DNA from: Candidatus Nanopusillus sp.
GTDB taxonomy: Archaea; Nanobdellota; Nanobdellia; Nanobdellales; Nanobdellaceae
NCBI GenBank assembly: GCA_028276785.1
Contig: JAPYVP010000013.1
Coordinates: 1 to 13,317 of the forward strand
Direction: 5' to 3'
Length of the DNA: 13,317 nt
Part shown: positions 12,798-13,317 of the stretch, piece by piece
How the letters are laid out: every line of letters starts with the position of its first letter
Position numbering within the stretch: position 1 is the stretch's first letter
Position numbers and translations under genes: made by a program
The notes under the pieces: model-generated
What the model was told of the DNA's origin: nothing
The model's database searches: none
What the model saw: the letters and a program-made list of their open reading frames with translations, nothing else

Positions 12798-12819
12798 ATA
12801 TAACATTGATATATTTTAG

Positions 12820-13029
12820 ATGAAAATAAAAACATGGGTTGATAAAAATACGTGCATTGGTTGCGGAACATGTATTGCAATTGCACCAGAAATATATGAA
12901 TTCGATTCTGATGGAAAAGCAAAAGCAAAGGTTGAAATTGTTGAAAATCCAGATTTAATACAAAAAGTGAAGGATGCTGAAGTTGCATGCCCAACACATT
13001 CAATTAAAGTAGAAGAAGTGAATGATTAA
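12820..13029 (+). CDS. Small single-cluster ferredoxin (Pyrococcus/Thermococcus type, [4Fe-4S]/[3Fe-4S])
   Basis: The 69-aa ORF has CIGCGTCIAIAPEIYEFDSDGKA ... EVACPTHSI, that is CxxCxxC ... CP with the intervening 'F..d..G.a' segment typical of about 7-kDa archaeal ferredoxins. Confidence 0.85.
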   Translation: MKIKTWVDKNTCIGCGTCIAIAPEIYEFDSDGKAKAKVEIVENPDLIQKVKDAEVACPTHSIKVEEVND

Positions 13030-13241
13030 TGAAATATATAGTAGATATTGATTATAGTAAATGTATAAATTGTTTGGCATGCTATTTGATAAATAAGAAT
13101 ATTTTTTCAATTGAAAATAATAGAATAGTAATAAAAAATAATATAATTTCCTCCGAAGAAGATATAGAGGATATAAAGATTGCCGCAAAGGCATGCCCTA
13201 CAAATGCTATATATTATCAGGAAATATTAGATAAAGATTAA
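13029..13241 (+). CDS. Second, more divergent small ferredoxin-like protein (tandem paralogue)
   Basis: The 70-aa ORF has its start overlapping the previous stop (TAATG). It has CINCLACYLINKNIFSIENNR ... AAKACPTNAI, the same CxxCxxC ... CP ligand pattern and the same length as the upstream ferredoxin. Confidence 0.7.
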   Translation: MKYIVDIDYSKCINCLACYLINKNIFSIENNRIVIKNNIISSEEDIEDIKIAAKACPTNAIYYQEILDKD

Positions 13242-13317
13242 TAAATTATGAAATATTATTTTTAAATATGGCGTTTTATGATACATTTATAACATTATTG
13301 AACAACCTCGGATTTTT

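Noticed and set aside
11941-12819. A CRISPR-Cas locus implied by the Cas4-like gene.
   Set aside because: No direct-repeat array and no cas1/cas2 or effector genes are visible anywhere in the window, and the flanking genes are unrelated. I treat it as a stand-alone Cas4-family nuclease.
13268-13317. A possible start of another plus-strand gene at the right edge (ATG at 13268: MAFYDTFITLLNNLGF...).
   Set aside because: Only about 16 codons are visible. Open frames of that length occur by chance even in AT-rich DNA, and there is no motif to recognise. The evidence is insufficient to call it a feature.

Overview
This is a very AT-rich (by eye about one quarter G+C), gene-dense archaeal chromosome segment with almost no non-coding DNA. 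The protein signatures include aEF-2 with an intact diphthamide loop, archaeal RNase J, FlaI/FlaJ-type pilus machinery, an NFACT-R protein, a Cas4-like nuclease and Pyrococcus-type ferredoxins. Together with ATGA gene overlaps, leaderless-type promoter spacing and one G+C-rich RNA island, these suggest a reduced-genome, probably thermophilic DPANN/Nanoarchaeota-like organism; the taxon is inference only. I support 16 protein-coding genes. Two are absent from the ORF track: a 5'-partial secreted protein at the left edge and a 56-aa zinc-finger ORF. I also support two adjacent candidate ncRNA elements at 9124-9227 and several TATA-like boxes. I saw no rRNA, tRNA, CRISPR array, transposase or integrase. 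The items most worth follow-up are listed below.
1. Dph6 (diphthine-ammonia ligase) is translationally coupled to a class-I glutamine amidotransferase, less than 1 kb from its substrate gene EF-2.
2. A G+C-rich hairpin followed by ACA is fused to a canonical-geometry box C/D sRNA candidate.
3. A Cas4-like Fe-S nuclease gene overlaps a gene for only the C-terminal (coiled-coil plus NFACT-R) part of an Rqc2/NEMF-type protein.
4. A minimal type-IV-pilus-like operon has a half-length platform protein and atypical pilin candidates.
5. A 640-aa charge-poor, sequon-rich tandem beta-sandwich surface protein is present.
6. Palindromic TTTATAAA boxes sit in the middle of roughly 50-bp divergent intergenic regions.
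All family assignments rest on motifs I recognise by eye. No database search was run.
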